Position numbers and translations under genes: made by a program. This document shows positions 59,177 through 64,000 of a DNA stretch of 64,000 nt, piece by piece. The notes under the pieces are model-generated. The model was not told where the DNA came from. It ran no database searches and worked only from the letters and a program-made list of their open reading frames with translations. The DNA is taken from positions 1,178,001 through 1,242,000 of the forward strand of contig JADEYG010000001.1 of the NCBI GenBank assembly GCA_016906335.1, in the 5' to 3' direction. This stretch comes from Novakomyces olei. Taxonomy: Eukaryota. Each line of letters opens with the position of its first letter. Within the stretch, counting starts at the first letter, position 1.

Positions 59177-60169
59177 CTACCGTTCGGCGCGCAGACTGTT
59201 ATAATGCGCTCCCAGGCCATACATGTGACGATAGTAGCTTAAATAAACGTCGACTTCTGCATGCGAAGGATCCCCCTGGACCTCGTACCGGTGAGGCCCC
59301 GCCTGTACAAGCCTAATATTGACGTGCAATGCTCGAGCAAGAGCCAGAATCTCCATTTCTCCACCCCATTGAGGTGTATTCTCCACCATTGAAGCGTAAT
59401 CATTCATATCGCGCAAGCTATCTGCCTCCTCTTGAGCAGCAAGAAAAGGCTCAAAATCATCACTGTTCATCCTCAAGTACTCGGCCGTAATTTGCCTCAG
59501 CTGCGGCACAGAGTACACTTGACCCTTTCGTTCCCGCAGCTGGTCGGCAAGTGCTGCGTACAAACAGTGTCCATCCGGTGTGATTTGATGTTCCGTTAAT
59601 TTTAAGGCACGTAGCATTGCACCAACAGATTCTAATTCGGCTTTGCGGTGATCCGGAGCAATACTCGCCTCTGCTGCCGCCTGCTTCCTAGCTTCTGCCA
59701 TTTCTTGTTCTCGCCGGGCCAAACGCGCCTTTTGTCTATTTGGTTTCTTTTGCCTTTGCGACACTGGTGGGCCCTGCTCGCTTTGCAAAACAGGGGTATT
59801 CAAAGTATTGGAGACGCTATTAATATCAGCGTCCTGTACGAGCTGGGCCAGTAAAGCCGCCGGGTCCAGCTCAGTGCCGATTGTCTCTTTGGCACTAGTA
59901 GAATCATCTTTGCTGGCTGTCAAATTGCCGTGTTCAGGTAAAGCCTGTACTCTGCTCTGCTCTGTACTATTAAGCTCACTGTTTTGCTGTAATTCACTTT
60001 TTTGCCTATGCAGCAGTTCGTCTTCCATCTTTTTGATTTCAAGCTGTGCCTCTTGCTTTGCCTTTTTAGAGCCTCCCGAGGCGGCACGCTTCATGCCCAT
60101 GATTTGAGCCTGTAAAGATTTACGTTCCTGCTTATGCCTTTCCAGCAGGAGATTTGGCGCTGTAGACAT
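59177..60169 (-). CDS. OTU2: OTU-domain deubiquitinase, Otu2/OTUD6B-like
   Basis: RHKQERKSLQAQI; ITPDGHCLYAALADQL; WGGEMEILALA; SYYRHMYGLGAHYNSL. Confidence 0.93.
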   Translation of the reverse strand: MSTAPNLLLERHKQERKSLQAQIMGMKRAASGGSKKAKQEAQLEIKKMEDELLHRQKSELQQNSELNSTEQSRVQALPEHGNLTASKDDSTSAKETIGTELDPAALLAQLVQDADINSVSNTLNTPVLQSEQGPPVSQRQKKPNRQKARLARREQEMAEARKQAAAEASIAPDHRKAELESVGAMLRALKLTEHQITPDGHCLYAALADQLRERKGQVYSVPQLRQITAEYLRMNSDDFEPFLAAQEEADSLRDMNDYASMVENTPQWGGEMEILALARALHVNIRLVQAGPHRYEVQGDPSHAEVDVYLSYYRHMYGLGAHYNSLRAER

Positions 60170-60494
60170 GGCGGAAATCGTCCAGCACTGCCGATGGCTT
60201 TTTTGCAGATGCCTCGGTGCTTACAGCCTCCTCGTTCGGGCCCGAGTCGGCACTGTCGGCAGACCGACCGTCGCTCGTAAGGTTAAGAGACTTTCCGTTA
60301 ATTGCGCCCAGAGGAATCGCGGGATCTGGACCCGTAGACAGGGCGACAAGTGCCGCAGTAATTATAAGTATGTTTCCAGCAGTATTGCGCGCGCCCCGTT
60401 TTATTTGGAAAGGCCAATATGATCGTAACCAGTGCAGTGCGCCCATCAGACGTGGATTCAGGACAAGTTGAAGCTGACTTTTAGAAGAAGAAGA

Positions 60495-60694
<200 letters not shown>

Positions 60695-61009
60695 CGCGTT
60701 ACTGCATTACTTTTAGTAGCAGGATCCACTATCAAAGCAGGTACAAAATGGTGATATAAAACGTAAATCACTGTCCATCATTGGCCGCGCACAAAAGACT
60801 CGAGTAGATGGTTTAAGGCTGACGGAGCAGATCGACTTTTGTCGCAATTTTCCCCCGCTGTCAAAGTCCCAAATACTGCTAAATTTCTACACCTGTCAGC
60901 ACTCTCATTTTACTTCTCTGTGGCCCATACGTGATCGGGCCAAGCAGTCAAAGGTCCCGCCCGTTTTATCGTGTAGACTGCCTCTACTGGCGGTCCCGTC
61001 TTGGCAGCA

Positions 61010-62601
61010 ATGCCGCGTAAGTATCTCGCTTTAAAATACCACTAACCTTACCAGCCTCTCTGAGTGCGAATACTATGGTAGTCCAGCCGGCGGGCACGAA
61101 TGGATCCGGGACTGTCTCCTTTATCGACACTGTCCCCGAGAGCCTTACCTATGGCGCCCGCTTTCCCACGTTGGAGACGGTCGACCTCTACGGGGCCGAC
61201 AACAGCGTGTATGCTGGCGTCGCCTATGTCCCAGACACTGGCGGTATGTGCCAAGGCTCTGCGGTCCGTGTTCCCGATAATGCGCCTCGGTTAGCTGATA
61301 TGTTTGACGGGTACCGCGTAATTGCCGTTCATCCTCTTGATTCCTGCTTCGAGTCGGTTATTATGCAAGCACGGCTCGATGGAGCCAGTGGACTGCTTTT
61401 TTATAATACTACGGAGCCCAGGACGGGTCCGAGTGCACGGGAATTGCACGGGTACGGGGCCAATGTGCCTACTTTTATTCTCAGTGCGGAGGAAGGCAGT
61501 GCCCTTATGGCGGGTCTTGCACAGTACTCGACCGGTATACAAAACGTTACAGGGCCAGCGCGATCTGAGCTGGAGCAGCGGTACGGACCTGACGATGTTT
61601 TACGGGTCGTTGTCTCTGTGGACACGGAGCATCGTGCTCATGTCCCCGAGTATTGGCTGTTTTTGCTGGTAATTATTGCCGTGCTCACGCTTGTTATTCT
61701 CGGTATTTCCTTGTACATGCACACTAGCCAGATAATGGCCCGCCGCGACTTGAGGCGGAGACTCAGTGCTGGACAAGTGAACCTGGAGGCGCTTGGGTTT
61801 AAAAAGCTTACGGCCAGTAAAAAGATTATAGACGCTATGCCTGTCTACGTGTACGGGGGCTCGAGTATGGACGGTGCTGCACCGTTGGCAAAACGTGTAT
61901 CTATCAAGAGCACAAGTGCTCAGAGCGATAATACGCCCGTGCCTGGCCAGACCAAAACGGATGATTGTGCAATTGAAGTTAAAATTGGTGATAATAGTAC
62001 TATCAACACGGGGCCTGCTGATGGCGATGACAACGAGCTGAAGCAGAGCAGAAGCGTCGGCAGCAGCAAGAGCACAACTACTGGCTTGGCACCAAAAACC
62101 TGTACCTCTGAGCTTGACGCATATGACCAGACAAGCTGTGCTATTTGCCTAGAGGATTATGAGACTGGAGTCACTGTCGTACGCCAATTACCGTGCCGGC
62201 ATATTTTCCATCCGGCCTGTATTGATCCTTTCTTGGAGAAGGACTCGTGCTTGTGCCCTTTGTGCAAGCAAAGCGTTCTCCCCAAGGGTTATGTTCCGGA
62301 ACACATAAGACTTACCACGTCGATGGTTGTCCGAGAACGTCAGTACCGAATGCGAAATGGTGGTGGCAATAGTCGATCATGGGACACGTCTGCTGATCTG
62401 CTAAGCCGTGGTCGAAGTCGTCATCTGCATCCGACACAGCAGCAGCCGCAAGAGAGCGGTGCAAATGGCGGTAATACCGCTGCTGAAATAAGACCAGAGT
62501 CGAGATGGACCCGATTTTTGCACGCACTTTTCCCAGTAATGGCAGAACGTGAATTGGTTCGAAGAATTAACCGTCAGGGCACGATGAACGGGACGGCTTG
62601 A
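61010..62601 (+). CDS. Membrane RING-H2 E3 ligase with a PA-like luminal region
   Basis: Micro-exon 61010-61016, intron 61017-61054 (GTAAGT..CTAAC..CAG). ARLDGASGLLFY (PA-like); one TM helix; CAICLEDY..RQLPCRHIFHPACIDPFL..CPLCK. Confidence 0.85.
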
Positions 62602-63778
62602 GTTGATTGCAGTTATATGTAAATTGCTTAGAAGCTTTTTTGTTTATTTATTTTTCCGCAGAGATCTTAAATATTTGAGATACGCATGTATATCATATAT
62701 GCATTCAAAATTATGTCTTTTGATTTATTCATTCATTTTTTAAAGCACTGGCTGCAGCTGGTTGCTGCAGCTGATTGCTATTTATTGGCGAGTCGTTTAA
62801 TTTATGGGTTTAAAGAGCGGATCTCGTTTGATCGGGAAGAATTCATGTTTAGCAGAACTTTGTTGTATGTTTGCAAAATAATGTTTAATTTAAATAAAAC
62901 CCCTTTTGCATTGCTCAATAAATAGCCCATAGTCGGCATCTTACTTTGCTCTTCTCTAGTCCATCAAAAGATTGGTTTGGAGGCGATTGACTTGCCTCGT
63001 TTCCCATTGCCGACAGACTGCTATTAAACAGGGACGTCATATTTGTCCCGGCACGTGTTTCTTGATTACTAGGGATAGGGTTAGGGTTAATTCTAACATT
63101 TTAGCTCTTGACAGATTGAATTGTTACCAATATCTGTACTGTAACCTCGAGTCGGGTTACACAGGCAGATTAGAGTAAGCGATTGGAAAGTAATTTAAAT
63201 AAAAGACAGATTTAATATATTTCATATTATAATCAGTGTATAAAGCAGCTTTAGGGGTAAATTATATACGACTCAAAAGTTCAGAGCGCTATACCCAAGT
63301 TTTACTTGATACTTTGTTCTCGTACCGCGTTTTACGACATTCGTAAATAAACATTAGGAGACACGCGCGATCGGCTGCGATTTTGGCCTTTTGTAACTGC
63401 TATAGCGCACTTTAATCGTGCAATACTGACCGGGCGCAGCAGCGCAATGGAGGCGAATGACTTGTCTGCCAAATTTGATGGGGTATGGCTGAGAATGACG
63501 GCAGTTTTCTTTTGTTTATTTGATTACAGTTCCATTTTTTTTAGAACCATGACAGTGTTTGAGTAAAGGTTATTTGATTAGACTTTGAGTCGAGGCACTA
63601 TACATGTTTCAAAATACCACTAAAACTGGCTCTTACTGCTGAAAAGTTTGAATCCAGTAGCCGATCAATTCAAGTCTTTTGCCGCCTGATCTGACCCTTA
63701 TAGCTCGTGAGCGCTCATGTTCTCGTGGCCGAGGCCTATGCCGCCTTAAGCCGGGCTCACCGAGACTTTGCGTCGTCA

Positions 63779-64000
63779 ATGATAAGATCAGGTCCGCATC
63801 CGCTTATATCCGATAGCAATGTGGCCGCTGCCGCTTTGCCGCTGGATACGGGTCTGCATACGTTTTCTCCTCCAAATGGATCTGTCCCTGTACAACAAAA
63901 TGCACCTCAGCAAGGCAGCAAAGGCGAGGCCAATAAACAGACGGCGGCAAAGGCCAAACAGCCTCGCAAGGAGAGCGAAAAGGAAAAGGAAAAAGCTGCT
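63779..64000 (+). CDS. Probable N-terminus of a protein running off the window end (MIRSGPHPLISD...KESEKEKEKAA)
   Basis: 74 open codons from the ATG to the window edge; no family recognised. Confidence 0.45.
   Translation, partial: MIRSGPHPLISDSNVAAAALPLDTGLHTFSPPNGSVPVQQNAPQQGSKGEANKQTAAKAKQPRKESEKEKEKAA

Noticed and set aside
63071-63090. TTAGGG-like repeats as a chromosome end or fusion scar
   Set aside because: Only three cores, flanked by ordinary genes with no subtelomeric features

Overview
Gene-dense, intron-containing eukaryotic DNA from an ascomycete fungus. Rpb1 and Rpb10 closely resemble the fission-yeast proteins, so Taphrinomycotina is inferred; the fused trifunctional HIS4 argues against S. 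pombe itself. About 29 protein-coding genes are visible, most of them housekeeping: OSH6/7 (partial, missed by the ORF track), tricalbin, an ankyrin-DysF-FYVE-RING protein, UTP17, RPB10, CDC20, SGT2, PUP3, an orphan, an MFS permease, VPS28, WDR89-like, THG1, HIS4, TAF9, DsbA/FrnE-like, BRO1, SEC61-beta, PAF-acetylhydrolase, COA8/APOPT1-like, UPF0658, IPK1, PP4R2, urease, RPB1, SWD1, OTU2, a PA-RING ligase and a partial ORF at the right edge. I found no tRNA, rRNA, CRISPR array or transposon. The main non-coding signals are: (1) telomere-like AGGG/CCCT cores spaced mostly 10 bp apart in about 10 intergenic regions; (2) GTAC-dense patches in other promoters; (3) a strand-specific GGCUG cluster downstream of CDC20; (4) an unexplained 2.2-kb gene-free interval. 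All gene names come from motif recognition by eye, not database searches.
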